Source: Sphaerodactylus townsendi (taxonomy: Eukaryota). Taken from it: 64,000 nt of DNA. The stretch covers positions 130,820,001 to 130,884,000 of the forward strand of contig NC_059427.1 of assembly GCF_021028975.2 (NCBI RefSeq), read 5' to 3'. The position numbers were made by a program, and so were the translations under genes. The notes beneath the pieces are model-generated. The model saw only the letters and a list, made by a program, of their open reading frames with translations, ran no database searches and was not told the DNA's origin. Shown here piece by piece: positions 21,822-34,759 of this stretch (position 1 is the stretch's first letter; each line of letters opens with the position of its first letter).

Positions 21822-23163
21822 CAGGGGCGTAACTGTAGCCCTGGGCAAAACCTGAGTTGGATGCCCCCCCCATGGGCGGCCACTCCACCACGACCAATTT
21901 TTTTTGCACCAGGACATTGGTGCCTGCAGGGGGTGAAGTTTTTAGACATATCAGCACCAAAATTTCAGCATATCATCAGGAGACTGTCCTTATGCTACTC
22001 CCCAAGTTTGGTGAGGTTTGGTTCAAGGAGTCCAAAGTTATGGGCTCCCAAAGGGGGTGCCCCATCCCTCATTGTTTCCAATGGGAGCTAATAGGAGATG
22101 GGGGCTACAGATTTGAGGGTCCATAATTTTGGCCCCCCTGAACCAAACTGCATAAACTTCACAAAGAGGTATCATCAGGGCAGTCTCCTGATGAGACCCT
22201 GAAAGTTCTGAGACTGTGCCTTCAGAAATGTGCCCCCCCTACCTGCAACCCCCATGAACAGCAATACAGAAAACTCAATGCAGAACAAAGATTCTTGGGC
22301 AAATTTCTGGGATGTTCCTGCAGGGGGCGCATTTTTTTGGATGTATCGGCACCAAAGAAGTTTCAGTGTATCTGCATCTGGAAACTGTTCCTGAGTATGG
22401 TACCCTCCCAAATTTTCAGCGGGTGCAGGTTTGGTTTAAAGGGGTCCAAAGTTATGGACCACTCAAAGGGGGTGCCCCATCCCCATTCTTTGCTAAGGAG
22501 ATGGGGGCTACCCCTTTGAGGGTCCCATAACTTTGGACCCTCTGAACCAAACTGCACCAAAATTTGAGGTAGTGATACCATCATCTCCAGATAATGATAC
22601 CCTTCAATTTTGTTTCCTATACATTCAAAAATGCATCACCTACACGAACAGACCAGAAATTTGCCCAATAATCATTGTTGTGCTTTGAGTTTTCTGTATT
22701 ATATCAATGAGGGCTGCAAGCTGTGAGGGCACATTTCTCGAAGGCAACAGTCTCAAAACTTTCAAGGGTCTCATCAGGAGACTGCCCTAATAAGTTGTAT
22801 CCCCTCAAGTGTGGTGCAGTTTGGTTCCAGGGGCCAAAGTTATGAACCTCAAAACTGTATTGCCCCCTATCTCCTATTAGCTCCCATTGGAAACAATGGG
22901 GGGATAGAGGCACCCCCCTTTGGGGAGTCCATAACTTTGGACTCCCCTGAACCAAACTCCTCACCAAACCTGGGGGGTAGCATAAGGACAGTCTCCTGAT
23001 GATACGCTGAAATTTTGGTGCCGCTAGCCTAAAACTGCACCCCCTGCAGGCCAAAAATGGAAAACCACTAAAATTCCCAAAAACGAACCCAGCATTTTGA
23101 TGCCCCCCACAAGGTGATGCCCTGGGCAGCTGCCCACCTTGCCCAATGGGCATTACGCCAGTG
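21822..23163. mobile_element. 1342-bp non-autonomous hAT-type fold-back element
   Basis: TIRs CAGGGGCGTAA / TTACGCCAGTG; perfect 8-bp TSD ATCTGTTA (21814-21821, 23164-23171); long internal inverted arms. Confidence 0.9.
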
Positions 23164-23354
23164 ATCTGTTAAATCAAAAAGGATCGGAACTACACCGAGG
23201 AAGGGAGACTGATTTTAAGTTTTCTTAGAAAAGAGGCGGACCAAGCTGTGTTATGACCTTTTTTTGGTAAGCATTTTTGATGATGCCTTGACTGTGGAGT
23301 TTGATTTTGTGCATTGTGTGGGCCATGTCTATGTTCTCCTTGTTCAAAAAATTA

Positions 23355-23705
23355 CAGTTGGACAGAAGGAAATATTTCTTTGCCCAATGAGTGACTAAAA
23401 TGTAAAATTCATTGTCTGCGTGTGTAGTAGTGGCCATAAGCATAAGGGGCTGTAGAGGGGGATTAAGCCAGTTTGCGGAGGTTGGATGCGTTGATGGCTA
23501 CTAGCTATGATTTCTGAAGGGAACCTTTACATTCAGAAGCACTAACCTTCTGGGTACCAGTGTGAGGAGGTTACAACCGGGGAAGGCCTTGGCCTTTTTG
23601 CCCATTTGTTGGTCCTCCAGGGCAGCTATTTAGCTGCTGTGTGAGACAGGATACTGGACTAAGTGGACCATTTATCTGATCCAGCAAGGCTGCTTTTATA
23701 CTCCT
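23355..23705 (+). mobile_element. Old CR1 3' fragment
   Basis: GGACAGAAGGAAATATTTCTTT...GATACTGGACTAAGTGGACC...TCTGATCCAGCAAGGC, similar to the CR1 3' UTR at 7020-7375. Confidence 0.7.
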
Positions 23706-26700
23706 AACTATTCTGGCTTCTTTCCCTTTGTGCCAAATGAAAGTCATCTAAGCAATTGTGACTGATGCTGCCTGGCAGGTGCCGTCCATCTTAGCTGTTG
23801 TTTCCCATGCAGGAGACATGGAACACATGATCACTTTTTTGATGTTCTTAAGCATTTGGCTCCCAATGAGATTATGTAAGAGTCAAATTGTGCAGCTGAT
23901 ATATTTCCCCACAAGGCAAACAGCAACTGGGCAATTTGAATCTGGAAAAGGGATAGACATCCTTCTTCTAAGCAGCGTGGTCTCAGTCTGATCCCCTGTC
24001 CCCTGTTCTGGCCAGGCTGATGTTAATCTTACTTATTTCAGAGAAACAGCACACGTGCATGCACACGCACACACACACAAGCATCTATGAGGTCAGAATG
24101 ACAGGAAATAGGAAATGTTCCTTGAAGCAAGATGCAGCAGAGCAATTTCAATGATCCTTATGCTACTTTCAGGATGAAGCTGCAGACGACAGGACATTAT
24201 TTTGGGAGCCATTCATGATTTGGGGCTATTTTCCAGCCAAACCTTTTGAATTTGAAGGCTTTTCAAGTACAAGCTCTGTACTAGTGCATAGTCGGTTACA
24301 TTTGACAATATTGAGAAATGCATCTTTCCCCTCAGGAAAGATATGCTTCATTCTGAATGTATGTTCATAATTCAGAACTAGTTTTGAAATAACTCTTCAG
24401 AAGATTTAAATTGTGCCTTTCTGTTATGTGTAAGCCATACTATAGTATATCCTATTGAATTTTTCCAATCCAAAAGCCAGCATCAAAAGGTTAACATAGA
24501 GTCCTGTAGTGGCAGTTCTACTAGTATTCATTGTTGAAGGTGGGGGACTATCATAATATCTTTGGAAAGATGTAATGAAGGCCATATAGCAACTTGGCCC
24601 TCATGGGTGTTTCCTCATGGGTATGTCCTCAGGTAAGAAAATCTCTCCTACAGTGAATGTTTCCAGTCACTCAGTGGGATGATCCTTTGAATGAGTTCAA
24701 GAGGAAGTGGGCATCCTTGTATGAAGAGTTTTGGTTGAAAAAAAAACACTTCCTTGATAATACCACAGATTCCCAATGGTAATAGTCCCACTGGTGTGCT
24801 TCCATATAAGTCAAACCTAGATGTCTGTGGTGGCTTTTCTTCATGTGCTTTTAGGAGAAGCTTCAAGATATGCCTTTTTCTTTTGGGCTTAAGAGAGTCT
24901 GGCTAGCCTTTCAGTTTACTGAGTGTACTTTCATCATTGATTGCATGTCAAAGTGTTTTGAATGCCACCTTGAGCTTTGGGGAAAGGATGGAGTCATACT
25001 TTATTTGGATATTAGCCTGAATGCAGAACAGTAGTGTGTTGGGAGAGATGCCATAAAAGAATTAAGAGCTGTATCATGAGGGGATCAAAGTGGACTTACT
25101 TTGTTTGAGGTTGAGACTGGTGACTTGGAAGAGGGAAAGCCCTTGATAAAATTCTTTTAATTCTCTGCTTAGATTTCCTGGGCGCTGTTCTCTAGCAAAA
25201 TGACATAGCTTTGATGTGTCTAGGGAACGTTACACCAGTTATGTTCTCCTGAGCCCTGACCCAATTAGGACTTAAGAGGCGAGAGGTAGGGTGAAATAAA
25301 AGAGTTGTTTATTGTTGCTTCAGTACCAATTTTCAATAAAGGCAGACACATTTTTCATTCCATGTTAAATAACATTTTTGTATTAAATTTGAACTTTATC
25401 CCTTGACAAAATCAGTTATGTTTCCGCTGGGGAAGGTTATTTGGTTTGGAGGGGCGGGGGTTGAGCTGATAACACAGGAGATACCAGTGTAACAATAACA
25501 TACAGTTAACTCTTTGGTCTAAAAACAAAGGCATACTGCACTTCAGGATCTGTTTTGCAGCTTGTCAAAACCCATCAATATGATCATTATGCAAGCATGT
25601 ACAGGGTGCTGCTGACAGAATTAGGTTCGGTGACAAGCTACTTCCTCTACTTCCTCTTTCCCTGTATTTCAGGATGTACTGGCAGATGCCCATGTGGCTT
25701 CAGATTTCTAGGCATTCCTGGGAGAGTTGCTTGAGGAACCACAACTCCTTGGCGGGGCATGCTTCTGCTGAAACAATGTTTGCACAGCCAGCTCTATTCA
25801 TCCCTATTCTCTGCTGTGAGTGAATGTGTTCTTGAGGTGATGATGAATGCTGAAGTATCATCAATCACAAGTGGTTATAAGTCCCTTATATAAGTCAGAT
25901 GCTTGACTGCAATCTGAGCTCTAGTATCATAGAAACTAATCCTGGTTCAGGGTAAATTTCAGCATTACAAGCTGCTTGCAAATTTGTAGATGGTACAAGT
26001 TCTTCTGAGTCAAGTTTGGGTCCTATAAATGCTTCCGCTGTCAGTCACTGCTCTTCCTGACACTTTGTACAGGGCTGCCCATAAAATGCGTGTCTTCACA
26101 GGCAGTATTATCTACTGAAGGTCCCAACCCCCCTGCTTTCTATACAAACACAAACAAAAACAGCCCTGTACCTCCTGTGACTAGAAAGACGAGCAGGACT
26201 GACTGAAGTTCAGAACTTGACAGTCTTAGTTGCTTCATGAAACTCACAGCCCAAGGGGGGCATTGCTCCTGCCAGGAAATACTGGAGAGCCTGGCAGCCT
26301 GGGAGGGGGTGTTGTCCCACTGCCCCCCTGAGGGGTATGCCCCTGATAGATGGTTAGAGACAGACAGTTGATCAGCATGAAAAATACTGGGAATGGATTG
26401 GAATCTGCCTTGGACCAGAAGAGCTGTCTGGACACTTCCTTTAGTGGTCAGTTCCATATACTGACAGATTTCCATCTCAGAACAGTTCTGTTTCTCTCAG
26501 ACAGATTTCAAGGCTTAGGATGTTCATTTATGGCTCACTCTGACCTGTAAAAAAGATTTCTGATCTTTAACAGATCATCAAAGTGCCTTTGAAGAATGCA
26601 TGGCTAGAAGCTATTTCTCTGTGTGCTTTTTTCTCAGTTTTGGTTTCGTTATGCTAGGTGGCATTTTCTTTTCCATGTCTTGTTTTCTCTTTTCAACGTT

Positions 26701-27479
26701 TTTGAGTTTAAATCCTCCAGTGTTACACAGCACTGGAAGGAAAATAAAGTGAAAAAAATAGACTTGATGGATGCCTGTTTGTTGCTCTTCCATGACTTTT
26801 TTTGTGTTTTTTTTTACTGGCTTCCTCTACAAATCACAAAGATTGCCTTTTAAATGCTTTCATGTTTGTACTGTTCCATCTGGCTGCATTAGAGGGTGAT
26901 GCTGCAGCCCCCCCCCCCGCCCCCCCGCCTGCCTGGTCCAAATGCCATTTGCTTCTCCCCTCCCAGACCTGTTTCTTTCAGCAGGTATCCTGTCTGATCA
27001 TTATGGAATAGTTTCCTAACAGTGCCTGAATTTACTCATTTCCCTCTTCCCTTTCTGACTGTTCTTTTGTGTATATTATTATATTGTTGATGTTGCTTGG
27101 AATTGTAAACGTCCTGTACTGTGTTGGCAAAAAGGGAGCATATAAAATTTGTCTAAAAAGCATATAATAACCATGCCTTATGATTGCAGCCTTTTCACAA
27201 TGAATACTTGAACAACTGAGTTGGTGGTTTGGTTTAAGATGAAACCTTTGCGTAGTTCACAAATTGAGGGCTTCATAAAAACGTGGGATTTGTAGCAATT
27301 TTCTTCAGTGTAGAATGGCTTTTAAGAAGTGTAGTATAGACTGTGGAAATGAAGTGCTCAGTGTAATCCTACGCAGATTCTGGGCTTGCCAACCTCAGTG
27401 GGTCTAGACTGGATTTGTGTAGGGTTCTACTGCTTGCAAAAGGATACCAACCAAAACCTGAGCAAATTTTGGAGTAGCT

Positions 27480-27672
27480 ATGAAAAGGGCTGGAAAAGGC
27501 GATGGCAGTGGGAAAAGATGAAGACCCAGCTTGAGTTGGATTGACTCAATGAAAGTAGCCACAGCTTTCAATTCACAGCAGCTGAGAAAGGTTGTTAATG
27601 ACAGGATGTTTTGGAGGTGATTAGTACATAAGGTTGTGGTTCGTCAGAAGCAACATGATGGCATTAAATAAT
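27480..27672 (+). mobile_element. Old RTE 3' fragment
   Basis: GGATTGACTCAAT...GTTAATGACAGGATGTTTTGGAGG...GTCAGAAGCAAC resembles the reverse complement of the RTE end at 38815-38960. Confidence 0.6.
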
Positions 27673-28934
27673 CCTACGGGAAAAATGTGCACAGAGAAAA
27701 ATCCACCATAACAGTGGTGATTTTTCCATGTGAGCATTTTTCATAACACAGGAAAAATGCTCACATGGAAAAATCCCCACATGGAGACTTGCCCCCACAG
27801 AAAACTAACACAAAACATGCAAAAGGGGGGGGGGGGGTTGATGCATAATTTTATGAAGTATACTATGTCCCTCATCATGTGCTTAATCCTTATCATGTGC
27901 TTAATCTTTTGTAAATGTTGTTAGATCTGGTTCCTGTATGTGTAGTCTGAAACAGTGCTAACTGCCTTTTTGTCACGGGGTTTATAGCCTCGCTTTTCAG
28001 CTGTCTAGAAGTCCTGAGGCTTTTCCCGCTGCAACCCCTAATCTGGATTGCAGAGGGGGGAGGTGATCCAGTCTTTTTGGACTGTGATAACAATTGCTGG
28101 TTTAGTAGTGTTGGGACGTTACTTGCCTCTTGGTTCAGATATATCCCAAGATCCTATCTTTTTGCAAACTTTATTACGTCAGTTGTATCCCATGCTTCCT
28201 GATGCTCAACCCCAGTTTGAAACACTTTCAGAAAGTGGAGTTTGTACTGCAAATCTTGAACAGCATATTGCCTTTTCCCTCCGTACATTTTCTCTGAGCC
28301 CCTCCCCCATTTTAAGCTTTAAACAATTACTGCTTTTTGCCTTTTACTAAGCATGAATTGAAGGATCCTCTGAGGCTGATCAAGTTACAACTTATTACTA
28401 CTTCCTAGTGTTAGCCTCTCAAAGCATAATGAGCATTACAGATTTTTTTTAAATAAGCAAGTTACATTTATAGTTTATGTTTTCCCCATTAGTGCTTGTT
28501 ATATATTTTGCAGTATATTAGGACAGGAGGAATAGATTTTGCCCCAGGAAAAAAATTGAAAAAAGTGACTTTTTGCTCCAGAATTTTATTCAGCTAACAG
28601 TGAATAGCAAAAATGCAGTAAGGAACAATTCAATGGAACTGTGCTCAATTAGATTAGCTGGAAGGCTGCCTTTCATGTTTTGGGTCATTTATGGTTTCCA
28701 TATCATTGCTTGCTTGGCTAAGGGCTTATCTAGGCATTTGACTTCTTGAGAGGAAATATGCTCTGACTGTTGGGGAAAAAAGGCTTGTGGCTCTGAGTTC
28801 TTTGATTGGGTCTCTAGATGTGTTTGGTTCTAAAATGCAAATTGGGTAAGAAGAAATATAGGTTATGGCCATGGAAGGCTTTTAAAATTCTTCCCCTTAC
28901 ATAAATTGTTCCCATGGCAAAAGGATACTTTAAG

Positions 28935-29125
28935 TCATTTATGAGACCTAGGTTTGAATCCTTTGTTGGCCATGGAAGCTTCCCTTGGGTCAATCATACA
29001 ATCTCAGCCTAATCTACCTCACAGGGTTGCATATAATGGAGGAAAAGAGAACAGTGTAAACTGCTTTGGATCCCCATGGGGAGAAAGGCAATATATAAGT
29101 GAAGCAAGCAAGTAAATAAATAAAT
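28935..29125 (+). mobile_element. Degenerate CORE-SINE (MIR/Squam3-like)
   Basis: GGTTTGAATCC B box, CTCAGCCTAATCTACCTCACAGGGTTG core, (TAAA) tail. Confidence 0.6.
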
Positions 29126-29249
29126 GAACTAAATATACAATAATATAATACATACCAGTAGGAATACTAGATCAGTAACGAAATAAAGGCATAAGTACCA
29201 GGAGGTATATAAAGGTATCTTTGGAGGGACATAACATCCAAACTGCAAG

Positions 29250-29455
29250 ATGTCATAGTTAACTGCACACTACATTAGTCAGGCCTCACTTGGAGTATTG
29301 TGTACAATTCAGGAGGTCTCACTCCGAAAAGAATGCGGACAGAATGGAACGGGTGCAGAGGAAAGTGATGAGGATGATCAGGGGCCTAAAGAGTCAGCCC
29401 TGTGGAGAAAGGCTGAAGGACTGGGTAATGTTCAGTCTGAGGGGAGGGGAGACAT
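29250..29455 (+). mobile_element. Old CR1 ORF2 fragment
   Basis: LVRPHLEYCVQF...MERVQRKVMRMIRGL motif. Confidence 0.75.
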
Positions 29456-29473
29456 AGTTAGATTAGACTAGAA

Positions 29474-29621
29474 CAGTGGTGGCAAACCTATGGCACTCCA
29501 GATGTTCATGGACTACAATTCCCATCAGCCCCTGCCAGCATGGCCAATTGACTATGCTGGCAGGGGCTGATGGGAATTATAGTCCATGAACATCTGGAGT
29601 GCCATAGGTTCGCCACCACGG
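29474..29621. mobile_element. 148-bp palindromic hAT MITE, family B
   Basis: CAGTGGTGGCAAACC...GGTTCGCCACCACGG; same core as family A; 8-bp TSD GACTAGAA. Confidence 0.92.
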
Positions 29622-29690
29622 GACTAGAACAAGTAATCGAACAAATCATCAAACAGTCCTTAAGCATTTGGACAGGATCTGTGACTGCTA

Positions 29691-29943
29691 ACGTGTTTCC
29701 CTGAAAATAAGACAGTGTCTTATATTAATTTTTGCTCCCAAAGATGTGCTATGTCTTATTTTCAGAGGATGTCTTATTTTTCCGCTCCACAGCTACATGC
29801 TCTGGTGTTCTGTTCGACAGGCATTCTTCCAAACAAAAACTTCGCTACGTCTTACTTTCGGGGGATGCTTTATATTTAGCACTTCAGTAAAACCTCTATT
29901 ACGTCTTATTCTCAGGGGATGTCTTATTTTTGGGGAAACAGGG
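29691..29943. mobile_element. Tc1/mariner-superfamily (pogo/Tc2-like) MITE, copy 1
   Basis: TIR ..GTGTTTCCCTGAAAATAAGACA / TGTCTTATTTTTGGGGAAACAGG; preceded by TA; second copy at 58809. Confidence 0.85.
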
Positions 29944-29982
29944 GTTTCTCAAGGACAAATCAGGTAAGACAAACCCTATCTC

Positions 29983-30905
29983 TTTTTTTATTTTTATTTT
30001 CTTACATTTTCACAATTCAGTGTTACAATTAATATAATATGTGAAGGTTGCTTACATCTATTACCATCCAATCTTACAGCATTTTAAATTCCAGTTAAGA
30101 TTTTCAGGTCTAAATGAGATCTAAAATGTAAGTTCAACATTTTATTTTATACGTATATGCCTTACTGTCTCTAGTTATCCAAATCTGGTTTATATAGTCT
30201 AAAAAAAGTCCATCTTTTTTCATAGTCTGTGGATGGTTGGTTAGGTACCAAAATGTCAGCTTTGCCACTGTTGAATGTTCTGTTAGTTTGTTCATCCATT
30301 CCAAAAGATCTGAGTGGTGATCTGCTTTCCATCTTGCTGCAAACACAATTCTGGCCTCTGTCACCATCTTTTTAACCAGTTCATTATACACTTTTGGTAC
30401 ATTAGTTGGTAAAATATTTAATAACATAGCTTTTTGGGTCCAATGCAAACTTAACTTTCAGTAACCTTTGAATTTCATCATAAATCATAACCCAATATTT
30501 CCCTGTTTTTGGACATGTTCCCAAAAATAGTAGCAGTATCCCTTTTTAATTTTCTTAGTCCAAAGACTCTCCCATTGATTCCTACTTATATTTTCTCCAT
30601 CCATTTTACAATTCTGCATCCATTTTACAGTCTTTTACTCGTTCTGTTTCTGTATCGTATTGCAATAACAGTCTGTAAATTTTCCCCAATAAATGTCTTA
30701 TATCTCCAGTAATTAATTGTTCAAAAGTCATTTTTCTCCTCAAATATCCACCTTCTTTTGTTAATAGCTCTCTCAATATTGCAGCCATTTGGTTATATAG
30801 TAGCCATGGAATATTCTTTCCTTCATCCTTTATTGTTTGCCAAGGCTTTATTCTTTCTTGTCTATCCGTCATATTCTCATAGGGCAAGTTATCCATTTTC
30901 ATCTT
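29983..30905 (-). mobile_element. L1-clade LINE 3' fragment
   Basis: ORFs 30134-30448 (EARIVFAARWK..LLEW) and 30606-30902 (LLGKIYRLLL); poly-T at the left end. Confidence 0.8.
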
Positions 30906-30967
30906 TATACTGGTATCACAGTGAGAATTAATTAATCTTATTTCTTTTCTTTTTTTGTGAAAGTTAC

Positions 30968-31140
30968 TATCTTGATGGATCAGGGGAATGCTGTCAATGT
31001 GGTTTATCTTGATTTCAGTAAGACTTTTTTTGATAAGGTTCCAAATAATATTCTTGTTGATAAATTATTAATTGTGGTTTGGGTCCTATTACGTTAGGTG
31101 GATTTGTAATGGATGGACACATTTTGCCCAAAGAGTGCTT
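30968..31140 (+). mobile_element. Old CR1 RT fragment
   Basis: GNAVNVVYLDFSK-FDKVP motif. Confidence 0.7.
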
Positions 31141-31372
31141 GTTGTAGTGATGCAGAGTTAAGAGCAGTGCACTCTAATCTGGAGAACCAGGTTTGTTTCC
31201 CCACTCCTATGCATGAAGCCTGCTGGGTGAACTTGCGCTAGTCACAGTTCTCTCAGAACTCTATAAGCCGCAACTGCCTGCCTGCCTGCCTGCCTGCCAG
31301 CCTGTCTGCCTGCCTGCCTGCCTGTTGTGAGGAGGGGAGAAGGCAATTGTAAGGTGCTTTGAGACTCCTTAA
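31141..31372 (+). mobile_element. Squam3-like SINE with internal (CTGC)n; its tail is interrupted by an inverted SINE
   Basis: AGAGTTAAGAGCAG...TCTGGAGAACCAGGTTTG...CTAGTCACAGTTCTCTCAG; tail AAGCAGGGTATAAAA resumes at ~31685. Confidence 0.8.
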
Positions 31373-31682
31373 AGGAGGAGGAGGAGGAGGAGGAGTTTGG
31401 ATTTATATCCCCCCTTTTTCTCCTGTAGGAGACTCAAAGGGGCTTACAATCTCCTTGCCCTTCCCCCTCACAGCAAAAACCCTGTGAGGTGGGTGGGGCT
31501 GAGAGAGCTCCGAAAAGCTGTGACTAGCCCAAGGCCGCCCAGCTGGCGTGCGTGGGAGTGCACAGACTAATCTGAATTCCCCAGATAAGCCTCCACAGCT
31601 CAGGCGGCAGAGCGGGGAATCAAACCCGGTTCCTCCAGATTAGAATGCACCTGCTCTTAACCACCACGCCACTGCTGCTCCT
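31373..31682 (-). mobile_element. Squam3-like CORE-SINE, young
   Basis: Near-identical to 17238-17542; (CTC)n tail. Confidence 0.9.
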
Positions 31683-32679
31683 ATAAAGCAGGGTATAAAA
31701 ATCTTATAAATAAGGGTGTAAAGCAGTGCATAAAAATCAACTACTCCTTGACCTCTTGGAGAGGGGTGACGAATGATGTGCTTCAGGAATCTCTCCTGGG
31801 ACCATACACTGAACATGTCATACTTTTCACACTGTTTCATGCCTGCCCACAGACATTCTCCCACCTCCATCCCATTGCCTTGGGTGCCTTTGTTGGTGCA
31901 CTTTTATAGCAAAAGCAGATTTGTTTTATCTTTCATGCATAAAGAGGTGCAGCCCTTTATACTTCACTGTTTTGATTTGAAAAATTAGATTGATCTTTGC
32001 TCATTGCTCCTAGTAGCAGCAGTTTAAAAGAGTAACTCTCTGACTCCACCAGCTTAATCTCCTCTTCTGTGTGATGAAAGTACTTTTCAGGACATTTTGA
32101 TCTTGCTTGATTCCAAAGAAATAATTTGGTATGTTTTGCTTGTTCTGGGCAAAGATTAAAATGATCTTTTAGACAGCATTAAATTAATCAGGGCATTTTA
32201 ATACTCTGTTTCGTTTGTGGATATCAGTTAGGAAAGTAGTAGAGAGGGTCTTTGGGAAACATGAAATTGCCAGACTAATTAAAAATAAGAAGATCATCCT
32301 TCTGACAAATTAATCTGAGGGCACTGCTGCAACCTACACTCTGTAGCCTGCAGAGCTTCCTTGTATTTGTTGTTTTGGAATTGTGTCTGTCTAAAATGGT
32401 CAGTCTTAAACCTGTCACAGAGTCAGTGATACCATCACTTGGGGGTGGGGGGGAGTTCAGGCTAAGGAACCTGGGTTCATGTTGCATCTAAAGCAGAAGG
32501 ACTGTGCCAACCCACAGAGATAAAAATAGATAAAAGAGCTAGTGGTGCAATGAAGAATATTGTTTAGGTAAAACAAACTCTTCAATACTTTTATAGCCAG
32601 TTCATGCAAGTTCATAGTAGTTTCTCCTAAGAAACTGTATTCTGAAAATAATAGGGATTTTTTTTGCCTGAACAATATT

Positions 32680-32981
32680 GAAGAAGATGATGATTTTGGA
32701 TTTGTATCCCCCCTTTCTGTCCTGTAAGGAGGCTCAAAGGGGCTTACAATCTCCTTTCCCTCCCCCCCCCCTCACAGCAAACACCCTGTGAGGTAGGTGG
32801 GGCTGAGGGAGATCAGAAGAACTGTGACTAGCCCAAGGTCACTCAGCTGGCATGTGTTGGAGTGCACCAGCTAATCTAGTTCACCAGATAAGCCTCCACA
32901 GTTCAAGTGGCAGAGTGGTGAAACAAACCCAGTTCCCCAGATTAGAGTGCACCTACTCTTAACCACTACACCATGCTGGTT
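32680..32981 (-). mobile_element. Squam3-like CORE-SINE
   Basis: Same family, more diverged. Confidence 0.88.
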
Positions 32982-33689
32982 CTCTTCCTATTCTCAATGA
33001 AGAATATTGATCTTCATTGTATCACCACATTTAAAATGGACAAGACTAATAAAGTCTACTAAATAGTGATCTGTTTCAAGTATGTTGCTTCACCCTTTTT
33101 GAGTACCTTCCCAGGGTCCAACATGAAAGAGGGATGGAGCCTCCTCAGTGAAGGGTTCCCCGCTGTCCCTCAATTCATAAAGCTTCAGTCACCTCAGCAT
33201 CCGCAGAGACAGAAATTCCGGGCTCACAACACAGTAGCCAACTTCATCTGGCAAGTCAGTGAAGAAGAAGACACTCCCTTCCTTATTGGGCCCACCCAGG
33301 TCTAGTGCCTAGAAGCCCAGACTAAGAGGAGATGTATGTTTCTAGCAGACTGGGAGATCTACCGGTAGTCATCTTCTCTCACTTAAGAACAGGGAAGTTG
33401 CTCTCTTGCTTCTACTCAGGTAATAGAAGGTTGGAGTCATCAACCCAATCTAGTTCACCTGTCAACATTAAAGGTGTTCAGAAGTTCTGAAGGTACTAGA
33501 ATAGATCCAGTCGGTTCTAATGCTGTTCTAATTGCCTCTATCAGTAAATTTCATCAGGAGCTACTGAAAGCTCTACCAGTGTCAGCACCATTTTCTCCAG
33601 AAATCTCTCCTCAGTTAGACTCTAACTGTTGTCGCTAATCCAGCAGACCATAGGACTAACTCATGGGCGCTTGGGAAGCTCTTCTGCTT

Positions 33690-33990
33690 GGGGATGGGTC
33701 ATGGCTCAGTCGGTAGAACATTTGCTTGGCTTACAGAAGATTTCAGGTTCAGTTAGATAGGGTTAGGTAGTATGTGATAGATTCTGGTGGGTAGCCAGGT
33801 TGGTCTGAAGCAGCAGAAAAAGGTTTGGGTCCAGTGGCACCTTTAAGACCAACAAAGTTTTATTCTTCATATGAGCTTTTTTGCGCATGCACACTTCTCC
33901 AGATATGATGATGTGAAAGACAACTCCCTGAGATCTTGGAGAGTCTGAGTTGACAGTGGTCTAATTTAGTAAAAGTAGGTTTATTTGCTT
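33690..33990 (+). mobile_element. Old tRNA-derived SINE split by a Penelope fragment
   Basis: A box TGGCTCAGTCGGTAGA and CAGGTTCA B-box start; body resumes after ~33908. Confidence 0.55.
33783..33908 (-). mobile_element. Penelope-like 3' fragment with degenerate hammerhead
   Basis: Minus strand TCATAT-CTGGAGA-AGTGTGCATGCGCAA-AAAA-GCTC-ATATGA followed by AACTTTGTTGGTCTTAAAGGTGCCACTGG; both catalytic boxes mutated. Confidence 0.7.
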
Positions 33991-34759
33991 ACGTGACCAA
34001 AAATTAGCTCTCCAAGAGCTTGCCTCCTTCTTTCCCCGTTCCTGATTCCTGTGGACAGCTCCTACTCTTACACTGCACTCCCAACTGCAGCCCTCCTAAC
34101 ACTTCCTCCTTCGGCCATGGCTCTGACCAAGCAGAAGGCTGATATCCAAATATGGCTTGTGATATTCAACTGAATCTATGGCATGTGTTCTTTGTTTTAA
34201 TTAATGGCTCTGAGTTTAAAAGACTTAAGAACACAGGAATTGCATTCTTGGATTATTTCCTCAGAAAGTTAAGATGCCACTCAATCCCTGAAATTACAGA
34301 GAAGTTTGCACATATACCTAAAATTTGCATTTATAATGGACAGTTTTTACGTTCTTAAGCAGTTAATGTCTTACAAAAATGACTTTGGAAGCAGCTGGCA
34401 GTTTTGCATTTTTTCAGATAGAGAAGACACCACCAGTGAATACTGGAGCCAGATTGTTTTTTCCTCTTGCTTCTGCAGACACAGGTCAAGTGTAATTGCA
34501 GCTGAATTCTTTCTTCAAGGGAGTGGGACCAAAGTTGTTTGCAGCTATGTTGATCTTCAGGCTAGTTAGTGGAGTGAGGTGGCTTTTGCTCCTTTTGGAG
34601 ATCTTGTTGGGAATAGGAAATGTGTGTGTATGAGAGAAGGAGAGAGAGAACATACCTTTCAGTAGCCTTTGGCAAGTGACAGCAGTAAAGCAGTGTCTTT
34701 GTCTTTAATTCTGCAGCCGCAGGGTAACTCTCAAAGGCCCATCTAACCTAGCCCATGTA

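Noticed and set aside
33867-33908. Functional hammerhead on the minus strand
   Set aside because: Both catalytic boxes are mutated (CUGGAGA, AAAA)
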